Source of the DNA: an uncultured Actinomycetes bacterium | GTDB lineage: Bacteria; Actinomycetota; Thermoleophilia; Gaiellales; Gaiellaceae | Length of the DNA stretch: 64,000 nt | Reading direction: 5' to 3' | Assembly (NCBI GenBank): GCA_963804935.1 | Contig: CAWDSD010000026.1 | Span: 19,306-83,305 of the forward strand | In this document: positions 1 through 9,092 of the stretch, one piece after another | Numbering within the stretch: position 1 is the stretch's first letter | Layout of the letters: each line of letters opens with the position of its first letter | The notes under the pieces: model-generated | What the model saw: the letters and a program-made list of their open reading frames with translations, nothing else | What the model was told of the DNA's origin: nothing | The model's database searches: none | Position numbers and translations under genes: made by a program

Positions 1-135
1 CGCTCCAGACCGAGCCGGGCAGTGCGGACGTTCGCGGTGCGTAGCGGCGCTACGTGCCGCGGGCGAACGTGCTGATCCGGCGACGTGTCTGGAGCGTCAT
101 CCGGGGCCCGGCGGAATTTCATATCGGGCCTCTAT

Positions 136-1059
136 CTAGCTCTCGAGCCTGGCGCGCTCCAGAGCTGCGGTCAGATCGGGAGGGAGCGCCGACTCCACAT
201 CCACCCGTTCGTCCCTGAAGGGGTGCGGGAAGGCGAGCCGGCCGGCATGGAGGAACTGGCGATCGAGCTCGAGCTCGCGGGCCCGGCCGTAGACGGGATC
301 TCCGGCCACCGGCAGGTCGATCGCGGCGAGGTGGACGCGGATCTGGTGGGTGCGTCCCGTCTCGAGCCGGACGTCGAGCAACGAGTGGCGCGGCAGGAGC
401 TCGCGCACATCGAAGTGGGTGACCGCATCGCGGGGCGTATCGGTGTCGAGCGAATGCCGCAGAGCGTCACGCCGGTCGCGGCCGATCGGCGCTTCGATCC
501 GGCCACTGCGCGACCGTGGTCGCCCGACGACGAGCGCGACGTAATGACGATCGAGCTCATGGCCGCGCACGAGCTCCTGCAGCCGGCTGTGTGCCTCCTC
601 CGAGCGCGCGACCACCATCAGCCCGGACGTGTCACGGTCGAGCCGGTGCACGATGCCGGGCCGGTCGGCATCTCCGCCGGCGACGTCGTGCTCGAGCAGC
701 CCGTGGACGAGTGTCCCGGTTGCATGCCCGGGTGCCGGGTGAACGACGAGCCCGGCCGGCTTGTCGACGACGACGAGATCGTCGTCCTCGTAGGCGATCC
801 GAAGATCCATCGGCTCAGGGACGAGCTCCGCCGCCCCGTCACGCTCCGGTGGGTCGAACTCGAGCTCCTCCCCGCCCACGAGTCGCCTGCTCTTGGCGAT
901 CGACTTCCCATCGACGAGCACCGCCTGTGCTTCGAGCAGGCGCTCGGCGACGCTCCGTGAGCCGACGTCCGGGAGCGACGCGAGAAAGCGGTCTAGCCGC
1001 TCGCCCGCAGCCTCGTCAGGGACGCGGAGTTTCACGCACGCGCTGAGGCCGGCCGGCAT
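136..1059 (-). CDS. rluD: RluA-family 23S rRNA pseudouridine synthase (RluD-like)
   Basis: ORF 136..1185(-). S4-like N-term (GERLDRFLA), catalytic HRLDRDTSGLMVVA and GRTHQIRVH motifs. ATG at 1059 preferred (GTG 1035 possible). The 5' end overlaps the lspA stop. Confidence 0.9.
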   Translation of the reverse strand: MPAGLSACVKLRVPDEAAGERLDRFLASLPDVGSRSVAERLLEAQAVLVDGKSIAKSRRLVGGEELEFDPPERDGAAELVPEPMDLRIAYEDDDLVVVDKPAGLVVHPAPGHATGTLVHGLLEHDVAGGDADRPGIVHRLDRDTSGLMVVARSEEAHSRLQELVRGHELDRHYVALVVGRPRSRSGRIEAPIGRDRRDALRHSLDTDTPRDAVTHFDVRELLPRHSLLDVRLETGRTHQIRVHLAAIDLPVAGDPVYGRARELELDRQFLHAGRLAFPHPFRDERVDVESALPPDLTAALERARLES

Positions 1060-1603
1060 TCCGGTCGGACGCCACCAACGCGAGCAAGAGAGCCGCGACG
1101 CCGACGACGATGAACGTGTCCGCGAGGTTGAACGCCGGCCAGTAGCGGAAGTCGAGGAAGTCCGTAACGTGGCCGAGCCGGACACGATCGAGCAAATTCG
1201 AGACGCTGCCGCCGATCACGAGGCCGAGTGCGACCGGCAGCACCGGATGACGCGATCCCGAGCGAGCGAAGAAGTAGAGCATCCACGCGACCGCCAGCGC
1301 GGTCAGCAGGATCACGAGCGACGTCGCGCTCGCGAAGAGGCCGAAGGCAATTCCCGAGTTCGTGACGTGGTGGATCGAAAACGGACCCGCGACGTGCACC
1401 TGGTCGTTGAAGTCGAGGCGGCTGGTCACGATCGACTTCGTCAGCTGGTCCGCACCGAGAGCGGCGAGCGCGACCGAGCCGAGGCTGAGCCACTGCGGCC
1501 AGCTTGCACCGTACTTGCGCTCGGCGACCGAGATCGGTGTCAGCCCGTCCGTCGTCGAACCGACGCGGATGTCGGTCGGTCGAGTCGTGACGCGCTCGGT
1601 CAA
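1016..1603 (-). CDS. lspA: lipoprotein signal peptidase II
   Basis: ORF 1016..1636(-). Motifs NSGIAFG, GGSVSNLLDR, FNLADTFI and multiple TM segments. TTG at 1603 gives a TTGA overlap with the upstream stop. Start is uncertain. Confidence 0.85.
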   Translation of the reverse strand: MTERVTTRPTDIRVGSTTDGLTPISVAERKYGASWPQWLSLGSVALAALGADQLTKSIVTSRLDFNDQVHVAGPFSIHHVTNSGIAFGLFASATSLVILLTALAVAWMLYFFARSGSRHPVLPVALGLVIGGSVSNLLDRVRLGHVTDFLDFRYWPAFNLADTFIVVGVAALLLALVASDRNAGRPQRVRETPRP

Positions 1604-1965
1604 CCGTGCTCCAGGTTGCGCTGGCAGTCGATGCACAGCGTCGCCCAGGGAAGCGCCTCGAGCCGCTCCTCGGAAATCTGCTTGCCGCAGTTCGTGCAGA
1701 CGCCGTAGGTGCCCCCCTCGATGCGCGTGAGCGCCGCTTCGATCTCCCCGAGGACGTGCTCGGAGTTCTCCTCGAGGGTGTAGTCGAGCTCTCGGTCGTA
1801 CGTCTCGGTCGCCGTGTCGGCGAGATGGTTGTCGTAGGCGGACTCCTCGCCCGCGTCGTCGTAAAGGGTGCCGGCCGTTTCCTCGCGGAGGTTCTCGAGC
1901 GCAGCCTGGACCCGCGTGCGTTCCTCGAGGAGCACGCCGCGGAACTGCTCGGTGTCGATCGTCAC
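1600..1965 (-). CDS. DksA/TraR-family C4 zinc-finger protein
   Basis: C-terminal CTNCGKQISEERLEALPWATLCIDC zinc finger after an acidic coiled-coil region. GTG at 1965 overlaps the upstream stop (GTGA). The rest of ORF 1600..2172 is Arg-rich out-of-context sequence. Confidence 0.8.
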   Translation of the reverse strand: MTIDTEQFRGVLLEERTRVQAALENLREETAGTLYDDAGEESAYDNHLADTATETYDRELDYTLEENSEHVLGEIEAALTRIEGGTYGVCTNCGKQISEERLEALPWATLCIDCQRNLEHG

Positions 1966-2255
1966 CGCCGCTCCTCTCCGGCCGCCGCAGTCAGGCGCCG
2001 CTCGATCTGCGACGGGCCGAGACCCGTCAGTCGGACGATCTTGTCCCGTGCGCCGTGTCCCGAAACGAGTGTCACCGCATCGCGCGGCAGCGCAAGCGCC
2101 TCTGCGAGGAGTCGCACGACCGCTTCGTTCGCGCGGCCGCCCTCCGCCGGCGCAGCGACTCGCACCTTCCATGCGTCACCGTGGCGACCGACGACGCCAC
2201 CGCGTGTCGCACCCGGCGAGACGCGGAGCCTCAGCCGCGTGGAAAGGGCTTCCAT
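1962..2255 (-). CDS. DUF167 (YggU-like) family protein
   Basis: 97-aa ORF with GRHGDAWKVRVAAPAEGGRANEAVVRLLAEAL, typical of YggU/DUF167. It sits in the yggS/yggT neighbourhood. Confidence 0.7.
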   Translation of the reverse strand: MEALSTRLRLRVSPGATRGGVVGRHGDAWKVRVAAPAEGGRANEAVVRLLAEALALPRDAVTLVSGHGARDKIVRLTGLGPSQIERRLTAAAGEERR

Positions 2256-2274
2256 GCAGGGAGTCTAGCTCCGG

Positions 2275-2709
2275 CTATGCCGCCTCGACCTCGGCCGGCG
2301 GCTGTTCGTCGACGAGGGCGAGGGCCGCCTGAAGCAGGGCACGCATGCGCCGCACCTCGACCAGCAACCGGTCGTGGTCACCGCGGGCGTTACGCGTGAT
2401 CGCCCGGGCCTCGGACCGGGCTTCCTCGACGATGAGATCCGCCTCCCTCCGGGCCTGGTCCTTGAGTGTGACGGCCGCCTTCTCCGCGGACACGAGCGTC
2501 GTTCGCAAAAGGCCCTCGAGCTCGCGGAAGCGCACGAGATCGTCCTCGAGCTGTTCGACCTTGTCCGCGAGGTCGGCGCGCTCGCGCCAGACGTCTTCGT
2601 AGCTGGCGGCGATCTCGTCGAGCAAGTCGTCGATCGCCGCTCTTTTGTAACCGCCGATGAAGCTTTTTCCGGGCTTGACGTGTCGGATCTCGACGGGAGC
2701 GAGTGTCAT
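2275..2709 (-). CDS. divIVA: DivIVA-domain cell-division/polar growth protein
   Basis: N-terminal LAPVEIRHVKPGKSFIGGYKRAAIDDLLDEI followed by coiled coil. GGGGGAG Shine-Dalgarno upstream. Lies downstream of sepF-yggT. Confidence 0.85.
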   Translation of the reverse strand: MTLAPVEIRHVKPGKSFIGGYKRAAIDDLLDEIAASYEDVWRERADLADKVEQLEDDLVRFRELEGLLRTTLVSAEKAAVTLKDQARREADLIVEEARSEARAITRNARGDHDRLLVEVRRMRALLQAALALVDEQPPAEVEAA

Positions 2710-2722
2710 GAGTCTCCCCCTT

Positions 2723-3031
2723 TCAGTGCAGCCGGCTGAGGATGTTCGAGAGGATGTAGAGGAACGCGACGCCGACGACCGGCGAGAGATCGAGCGGCCC
2801 GAAGGTCGGCAGGACCCGGCGCCAGAGCCGAAGGTATGGGTCGCAAACGTCGTAGAGAAAGCGCTGGATCCTGTTCAGCCACAACGAGTACGGCAGCCGC
2901 ACCCACGAGGTGATGATGTAGGCGAGGATCAGGATCGAATAGACGTAGATGAAGACCTGCACGAAGCTGACGACGCTGTCGACCGCGTCGTAGAGCAAGC
3001 CGAGCATGGCAACAGAGGCCATCCCCGTCAT
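2723..3031 (-). CDS. YggT-family membrane protein
   Basis: Hydrophobic about 100-aa product (VQVFIYVYSILILAYIITSW ... PLDLSPVVGVAFLYIL). ATG at 3031 (3022 alternative). The upstream part of ORF 2723..3121 is rejected. Confidence 0.8.
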   Translation of the reverse strand: MTGMASVAMLGLLYDAVDSVVSFVQVFIYVYSILILAYIITSWVRLPYSLWLNRIQRFLYDVCDPYLRLWRRVLPTFGPLDLSPVVGVAFLYILSNILSRLH

Positions 3032-3053
3032 TTCGGCATGAATGGCCGGGTTC

Positions 3054-3581
3054 CTACGCCTGGTTGAAGAAGCCGCCGCGCTCGAGCAAGCGTGCGCGTT
3101 CCTCGGCGGACACTTCGACATTTCGCGGCGTCAGCAGGAACACCTTGTCGGCGACGCGCTGCATGCCCCCGTCGAGGGCGTAGGTGAGCCCGCTCGCGAA
3201 ATCGATGAGGCGCTTCGAGAGATCCTGGTCGGAGCTCTGGAGATTGAGGATCACCGGAATCGACTCCTTGAACTTGTCGGCGATCTGCTGCGCGTCGTTG
3301 AAGCTTCGCGGCACGACAAGGTGCACGCGGACGGAGGCAGGCGACGGCACGGCGGCGACCCGGGGCCGCAACACGGCCGTCCGGTCGTTCGTGGGCTCGG
3401 GATCAGTCCAGTCGTCGAATTCGCGCTCTCGGCGGCGAGGGGCGAGCCGCCGCACGTTCGGGCGCTCGGCATAGCTCCGCTGGAGGTCCTCGTCGGTGAC
3501 GTAGGCGTCTTCGTCCCAGTCCTCTTCCTCGGCGATGCCGAAGTAGACGAGGGTCTTGTTCCACACGTCCGCAAAGCCCAT
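3054..3581 (-). CDS. sepF: cell division protein SepF
   Basis: MGFADVWNKTLVYFGI N-terminus and C-terminal SepF core (VVPRSFNDAQQIADKFKESIPVILNL...DFASGLTYALDG). ATG at 3581. Confidence 0.85.
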   Translation of the reverse strand: MGFADVWNKTLVYFGIAEEEDWDEDAYVTDEDLQRSYAERPNVRRLAPRRREREFDDWTDPEPTNDRTAVLRPRVAAVPSPASVRVHLVVPRSFNDAQQIADKFKESIPVILNLQSSDQDLSKRLIDFASGLTYALDGGMQRVADKVFLLTPRNVEVSAEERARLLERGGFFNQA

Positions 3582-3594
3582 CTCGCACGAAATG

Positions 3595-4188
3595 TTACTC
3601 CCCGTACAGGATTGAGCCCACGCGGACGAGGGTCGCTCCCTCCTGCGCAGCGACCTTGTAGTCCTGGCTCGTCCCCATGGACAGCTCACCGAGGCCGTGC
3701 TCCTCGGCGAGCTCACGCAGGCGACGGAAGTAGGGACGCGACGACTCGGGATCGCCCGTGGCGGGAGGCATCGTCATCAGGCCGCGCACGTCGGCTTGGG
3801 ACGAGAGGAACGCCGGGAGCTGTTCGGGCTCGATCCCGGATTTCGACGCCTCGCCTGCGAGGTTGACCTCGACGAGAGCGGGAATCGTCAACCGGCGGGC
3901 CGCGGACTCGGAGTCGAGCGAGTGCACGAGCTCGCAGATGCCATTGACCACCTTCACCTTGTTCGACTGGAGGTGGCCGATGAAATGCCAGCGGAACGCG
4001 TCGCCGTATTGGGTGTGCTTGCGTTCGAGCTCCTGCGCGCGGTTCTCACCGATCACCTCGACGCCGGCTTCCGCGAGCACACCCAGGTCGGCGAGCGCGA
4101 CGTACTTCGTCGCCGCAACGATCGTGACGGTCTCGCCGACCTCCGCGCGGATGCGCTCGTAGTTCGCGCGGATGACCTCAGGCGACAT
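3595..4188 (-). CDS. yggS: YggS-family pyridoxal-phosphate homeostasis protein
   Basis: VAATKY (PLP Lys), HFIGHLQSNK, MGTSQDY and RVGSILYG motifs. Confidence 0.9.
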   Translation of the reverse strand: MSPEVIRANYERIRAEVGETVTIVAATKYVALADLGVLAEAGVEVIGENRAQELERKHTQYGDAFRWHFIGHLQSNKVKVVNGICELVHSLDSESAARRLTIPALVEVNLAGEASKSGIEPEQLPAFLSSQADVRGLMTMPPATGDPESSRPYFRRLRELAEEHGLGELSMGTSQDYKVAAQEGATLVRVGSILYGE

Positions 4189-4888
4189 AGCCGATCACCC
4201 CTTGGCGTCCGGTGATCGCGCCGTCGCGGCGGTGCGAGAAGAAACGCTCCGGATCGCAGGCGGTGCACAGGTCGAGCCGTTCGACCGACTCGACGCCCGC
4301 GTCACGCAGCACTCGCTCGGCTGCAAACCAGAGATCGAGATTGCGTCCGCGAAGCGCCCCGCTGCCGAAGCGCGCCCGATAAGGGCCGGCGACCTCGTCG
4401 CCCACTTCGTAACAGCACGGACCGATTCCGGGCCCGACAGCTGCCGCGACCTTTCCTCCGAGGGCGGCGACGCCCGCCTCGACGATCCCGGCGAGCAGGC
4501 CGATCCGGCCGGCGTGCAGCAGAGCAAGTGCGGGGCCGCCGCCGTTCTGTCGTACGAGGGCGATCGGCAGACAATCGGCGGAGAGCGCCAGCAGCGGCAC
4601 GCCACGCTCGTCGGTCCACAGACCGTCGCCGTCGCGGCCGCGTTCGGCAGGCTCCGCGCGGTTCACGAGCGAAGAATGCGTCTGACGGTTCATGGCGAGA
4701 CGCGCCGCATCCGCTCCGATCGCCTCGCAGAGCCGGCGGCGGTTCTCGTCGACGTGCTCGGGGTCGTCGTGCGTGCGCAGGCCGAGATTGAGGGAGTCGA
4801 AGGGACCGCTGCTCACTCCGCCCCGGCGCGTCGAAAAGGCGACCGCGTACGGCTCTCCTGCATCCCACCGGATGAGCGTGACGCTCAT
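4178..4888 (-). CDS. pgeF: peptidoglycan editing factor PgeF / YfiH (DUF152, laccase-domain) protein
   Basis: FSTRRGGVS, SADCLPI, LLHAGR and CTACDPERFFSHRRDG motifs. Confidence 0.85.
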   Translation of the reverse strand: MSVTLIRWDAGEPYAVAFSTRRGGVSSGPFDSLNLGLRTHDDPEHVDENRRRLCEAIGADAARLAMNRQTHSSLVNRAEPAERGRDGDGLWTDERGVPLLALSADCLPIALVRQNGGGPALALLHAGRIGLLAGIVEAGVAALGGKVAAAVGPGIGPCCYEVGDEVAGPYRARFGSGALRGRNLDLWFAAERVLRDAGVESVERLDLCTACDPERFFSHRRDGAITGRQGVIGYVA

Positions 4889-6237
4889 CTGAGGCGAGCC
4901 TGTGCGCGCTCGATCAGCTCGTCGCGGGTGTTGAGGGCGGGGTCCTCGACCACCGCGTCGAGCAGCGCCTCGAGCGTTTCCCCGACCGCGGGGCTTTCCT
5001 CGTAACCCAGTGCGATCAGGTCTGCGCCGTCGACGGCGAGGTCGGTCAGGCGGTGCGGCTGCACACGTTCCTGCTCGAGGAGGGCGCGCAGCTTCGCTGC
5101 AGCATCGAGCTCCTCCTGTGCGACCTGCTTTCCGCGCAGGTCGGCCTCCTTGTGCGTGACGAGGTCAAACGCGAGCTCGTCCCCGTGCTCGCGGAGGAAA
5201 CGGCGCGCGAAGAGCTCGTCGATGTTCTCGAGCGGGAACGAGTGCGCTCGCACGAGCCGCGTCACGTACGTGCGCAGTCGGGTCGGGTAGCGAAGCCTGC
5301 GCAGCACCGCGGCTGCGAGGTTGGCGCTGCGCGCCGCGTGGGTCCCGTTCGCCTGCGGCTTCCCGAGATCGTGCAGAAGCGCGCCGAGGCGCACCGTGAG
5401 CGGCGCGTTCGCATCGGCTGCCGCCTGGACGACGGCGAAGATGTGCTCGTCGAGCGGCAGATGCTGGCGCGTGCTGTTCTGCTCGAAGCCGAGCGTGGGC
5501 TCGAACTCCGGGAGCAGCGCGGTGAGGACGCCGGTGTCGCGCGCGAGTCGCAGGGCCCTGGCGGGCTCGCGACCGAGCAGCAACTTCGAGAGCTCTCCCA
5601 TTCCGTCCGAGTGAAGACCGCCGCCGACGCGTTCGGCGGAGACGAGTTGAATGCTTGGAGCCGCCTCGCGCATCTGGCGCAAGGTGTCCTCGTCCGGTTC
5701 GAGGCCGAGCTGCGAGACGAGGCGGAGTCCCCGCACCAGCCGGAGGGGATCTTCGGTGAAACTCCGCGGGCGCACCGTCCGGAGCACGCTGTTCTTCAGA
5801 TCCTCGGCGCCGTGGAACGGATCGAGGACATCCCCCGTCGCAAGCCGCCTCGCCATCGCGTTCACGGTGAAGTCGCGGCGGGCCATGTCGTCCTCGATCG
5901 AGATATCCGGATCGGCGACGATCTCGAAGTCGTGGCGCCCGGGACCGGTGCTCCGCTCCGCGCGCGGCGGCGCGAACTCGATCCCAGCCGGGGCCAGGTC
6001 CCGTACCCGGCGGTCCTTCGGATAGAGACGCGCGCCGACTCGGCGGCCCGCGACCTCGAGGTCCTCCACCCTGCCGTGTGGTTCGAGTGCAGCGCGGAGG
6101 CCGTCGTAGTCGACGCCGGGGACGACGAAGTCCGCATCTTTCGACTCGAGCCCGAGCTGCTCGTCCCGTACGGCCCCGCCGACGAGGTACGCGTCGAGGC
6201 CCAGGCCTCGCACGAAGTCCTCGATTGTGCGGTCCAC
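4885..6237 (-). CDS. cca: CCA tRNA nucleotidyltransferase with HD domain
   Basis: YLVGGAVRDEQLG...DADFVV nucleotidyltransferase head and LLHDLGKP HD motif. GTG start, 4-nt overlap with pgeF. Confidence 0.85.
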   Translation of the reverse strand: MDRTIEDFVRGLGLDAYLVGGAVRDEQLGLESKDADFVVPGVDYDGLRAALEPHGRVEDLEVAGRRVGARLYPKDRRVRDLAPAGIEFAPPRAERSTGPGRHDFEIVADPDISIEDDMARRDFTVNAMARRLATGDVLDPFHGAEDLKNSVLRTVRPRSFTEDPLRLVRGLRLVSQLGLEPDEDTLRQMREAAPSIQLVSAERVGGGLHSDGMGELSKLLLGREPARALRLARDTGVLTALLPEFEPTLGFEQNSTRQHLPLDEHIFAVVQAAADANAPLTVRLGALLHDLGKPQANGTHAARSANLAAAVLRRLRYPTRLRTYVTRLVRAHSFPLENIDELFARRFLREHGDELAFDLVTHKEADLRGKQVAQEELDAAAKLRALLEQERVQPHRLTDLAVDGADLIALGYEESPAVGETLEALLDAVVEDPALNTRDELIERAQARLR

Positions 6238-6239
6238 GG

Positions 6240-6623
6240 CTAGATCAGGGCGATTGCCTCGATCTCGACGAGCGCGCCCGATGGGAGCTTGGCGACCTCG
6301 ACGGTCGAGCGGGCGGGCGGCTGGTCGCCCACCTTCGTTGCGTACACCTCGTTCATGCCCTGGAAGTCATCGAGGCGTTGGAGGAAGACGGTCGTCTTGA
6401 CGAGTCGGTCGAAGCCGCTGCCTGCGGCCTCCAGGATCGCACCGAGATTTGCGAGCGCCTGTTCGGTCTGCTCCTGGATCGTCTCGCCGGTGATCTCGTG
6501 ACCTCCCGGCTTGAGAGCGACCTGCCCGGCGACGAAGACGAACCCGTTCGCCTTGATCGCCTGGGAATACGGCGCGCCCTGGAACGGCGCGGGTGCGGCC
6601 TCGGTGCGTACCACCTCTTTCAT
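6240..6623 (-). CDS. ridA: RidA/YjgF-family reactive intermediate deaminase
   Basis: 127 aa with PFQGAPYSQAIKANGFVFVAGQ ... TVFLQRLDDF ... ARSTVEVAKLPSGALVEIEAIA. ATG at 6623 overlaps the upstream stop (ATGA). Confidence 0.9.
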   Translation of the reverse strand: MKEVVRTEAAPAPFQGAPYSQAIKANGFVFVAGQVALKPGGHEITGETIQEQTEQALANLGAILEAAGSGFDRLVKTTVFLQRLDDFQGMNEVYATKVGDQPPARSTVEVAKLPSGALVEIEAIALI

Positions 6624-7150
6624 TCGTCTTTCCTCCTTCGCGGTCGGCAAGCCTGTGCGAGTGCGACGCCAAGCGCCTTGAAGATCGCTTCGAGGACATG
6701 CTGCGTGTCCTTTCCCTCGACGAGCCGCACGTGCAGCGTGAGACCGGCGGTCTGCGCAAGCTCCTCGAGAAAGCGAGCGGCCAGATCTCCGGCGAGCCCC
6801 GCGATCCGCGCCTGCGACAGGTCGACGTTCGAGACGAGCAGCGGCCGTCCGGATGCTTCGAGCGCAACGTGTGCGAGCGCCTCGTCGGCAGGCACGACCG
6901 CCGAGCCGTGACCGCGGGCACCGTCGGCGCGGAGCGGCTCGTGCAGGGCTTCCCCGAGCGACCGCGCGGCCGCGGTGATCTCCAGCTCCGCCGAGCCCGG
7001 CTCGACGTCGAGCGTGAGGTCGAACGACGCGTAGACCGCCAGCGTCGCCAGCAGGTGATCGAGCACCGGCAGGCCGGTCGCGACGTTGGTCTCGCCGCGC
7101 CCGCCAACCTTGACCCGCGCGCTCGCGCGGCCCTGTCCGGTCGCAGCCAT
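6620..7150 (-). CDS. imidazoleglycerol-phosphate dehydratase-like protein, metal ligands partly substituted
   Basis: The C-terminal 176 aa of ORF 6620..7786 aligns by eye to IGPD (TGLPVLDHLL..., ASGRPLL, GLTLHVRLVEGKDTQHVLEAIFKALGVAL). The DDHHxxED motif reads SAELEITA. ATG at 7150. Confidence 0.6.
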   Translation of the reverse strand: MAATGQGRASARVKVGGRGETNVATGLPVLDHLLATLAVYASFDLTLDVEPGSAELEITAAARSLGEALHEPLRADGARGHGSAVVPADEALAHVALEASGRPLLVSNVDLSQARIAGLAGDLAARFLEELAQTAGLTLHVRLVEGKDTQHVLEAIFKALGVALAQACRPRRRKDE

Positions 7151-7179
7151 GGTGGGGGAGCGTACCCGGTCGGTCGGTG

Positions 7180-8490
7180 TCAGGCGTCGACGCGCTCGAT
7201 CTGCGCACCGAGCGCGCGGAGGCGCTCGTCGATCCGTTCGTAGCCCTTGTCGATCTGGTACACGGCGCCGATCGTCGACGATCCTTCCGCGCAAAGACTC
7301 GCGAGCAGCATCGCCATGCCGGCACGGATGTCCGGGCTCTCCATGCGCTGCCCGCTGAGCTTCGACGGTCCCGTGATGACGGCACGGTGCGGATCGCAGA
7401 GGATGATGCGCGCGCCCATGCTCACGAGCTTGTCCGTGAAGAAGAGGCGGTTCTCGAACATCTTCTCGAACATGAGGATCGTCCCGGCCGACTGGGTCGC
7501 GATCGTGAGTGCTACCGATGTGAGGTCGGAGGGAAACGCGGGCCAGGGCCCGTCCTCGATCTTCGGGATGTGACCGCCGAGATCGTCCTGGACGACCAGC
7601 TCTTGACGGGGCGGCACGCGCACGAAGTCGTCGCCCCGCTCGACGTGAACGCCGAACTTCTCGAAGCCGTGCAGGATCGAGACGAGGTCGGCCTGCCTGA
7701 CCGCGTCGATCGTCACGTCGCCGCCGGTAATCGCCGCGAGGCCGATGAAGCTTCCTACCTCGATGTGGTCGGGGCCGATCTCCCATTCACCACCTCGCAG
7801 GGAATCGACGCCGGTGATGCGGAGGACATTCGACTCGATCCCTTCGATCTGTGCTCCGAGCGACTGGAGGAACCGGCAGAGATCCTGGATGTGCGGCTCA
7901 CACGCAGCGTTCCCGATCACCGTCTCGCCCGGAGTGATCGCGGCGGCCATGACTGCGTTCTCGGTCGCCATCACGCTCGCCTCGTCGAGGAAGATGTGGT
8001 GGCCCTTGAGCGAGCCGCCTCGCATCTCGTAGCGTCGGCCGACCTCGATCTGCGCGCCCATCTCCCTGAAGGCATGAATGTGCGGATCGAGCCGCCGCCG
8101 CCCGATCACGTCCCCGCCCGGAGGCGGGACGCTTACGGTCCCGAGACGCGCGAGCAACGGCCCTGCCAGCAGGAACGAGGCGCGCATCCTGCTGCAGAGC
8201 TCCTCGTCGAGCTCGTGCTTCGTCACGTCGGCGGCGTGAATCTGAACGTCGTTCGGCCCGGTCCATTCCACGTCGGCGCCGACGTCGTTCAGGAGCTCCA
8301 GCATCGTCTCGACGTCGGCGATGTGCGGCACGTTGTGGAGCGTGACGGGCTCGGAGGTGAGCAGGCACGCAGCCAGGATGGGCAGCGCTCCGTTCTTGTT
8401 CCCGGCGGCCCGAATGCGGCCTTGAAGCGGCCGTCCGCCCTCGATGACGAAGCATTCTGCCGCGCGCCCGATGACGGCGGTCTGAGACAT
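7180..8490 (-). CDS. murA: UDP-N-acetylglucosamine 1-carboxyvinyltransferase
   Basis: Full-length 436-aa match to MurA architecture (GRIRAAGNKNGALPILAA..., active-site loop PGGDVIGRRRLD). Confidence 0.95.
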   Translation of the reverse strand: MSQTAVIGRAAECFVIEGGRPLQGRIRAAGNKNGALPILAACLLTSEPVTLHNVPHIADVETMLELLNDVGADVEWTGPNDVQIHAADVTKHELDEELCSRMRASFLLAGPLLARLGTVSVPPPGGDVIGRRRLDPHIHAFREMGAQIEVGRRYEMRGGSLKGHHIFLDEASVMATENAVMAAAITPGETVIGNAACEPHIQDLCRFLQSLGAQIEGIESNVLRITGVDSLRGGEWEIGPDHIEVGSFIGLAAITGGDVTIDAVRQADLVSILHGFEKFGVHVERGDDFVRVPPRQELVVQDDLGGHIPKIEDGPWPAFPSDLTSVALTIATQSAGTILMFEKMFENRLFFTDKLVSMGARIILCDPHRAVITGPSKLSGQRMESPDIRAGMAMLLASLCAEGSSTIGAVYQIDKGYERIDERLRALGAQIERVDA

Positions 8491-8510
8491 CGCGGTAGCC
8501 TACCCACGCC

Positions 8511-9089
8511 GTGGAACCGACACGCGAACGGGCCTGGGAGACGCTCACCAAGCACACACAGAGCGAGGCGCTGCTGCGTCATGCCCTCGCGGTCGAAGCC
8601 TCGACGGCGTGGTACGCGAGGCACTTCGGCGAGGACGAGGAGCTCTGGCGAGTCGTCGCCCTCCTGCACGACTTCGACTACGAGATCCACCCCACGCTCG
8701 ACAAGCATCCGCAGGACGGCGCGCCGATCCTCCGCGAGGAGGGCTATCCCGACGAGGTGATCGAGGCGGTGCTCTCCCACGCCGAGCATCTCGAAATGCC
8801 GCGGGACACCCAGCTGAAGAAGACGTTGTTCGCCTGCGACGAGCTGTCGGGATTTGTGCATGCCTGCGGTCTCGTACGTCCGACCGGGATCGACGGCCTC
8901 GAGCCGAAGTCGGTAAAGAAGAAGCTGAAGCAGCCGTCGTTCGCGGCCGGCGTGCACAGGGACGAGGTGTATGCAGGCGCGGAAGGCCTCGGGCTCGAGC
9001 TCGACGACCACATTCGGAACGTTGTCGAGGCGATGCAGCCGATCGCTCCCCAGCTCGGTCTGCGCACCGCCGCCGACTCCGCTGCCTGA
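8511..9089 (+). CDS. HD/HDIG-domain metal-dependent phosphohydrolase
   Basis: HALAVE ... VVALLHDFDYE ... HPQDG motifs. GTG start. Confidence 0.7.
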   Translation: MEPTRERAWETLTKHTQSEALLRHALAVEASTAWYARHFGEDEELWRVVALLHDFDYEIHPTLDKHPQDGAPILREEGYPDEVIEAVLSHAEHLEMPRDTQLKKTLFACDELSGFVHACGLVRPTGIDGLEPKSVKKKLKQPSFAAGVHRDEVYAGAEGLGLELDDHIRNVVEAMQPIAPQLGLRTAADSAA

Positions 9090-9092
9090 CCT

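Noticed and set aside
1-135. Partial gene, or a terminator hairpin (CGCGGTGCGTAG..CTACGTGCCGCG, 34..62), at the left edge.
   Set aside because: The hairpin is imperfect (10/12) and has no U-tract. Three frames are open for fewer than 45 codons with no recognisable protein sequence. There is too little sequence to call anything.
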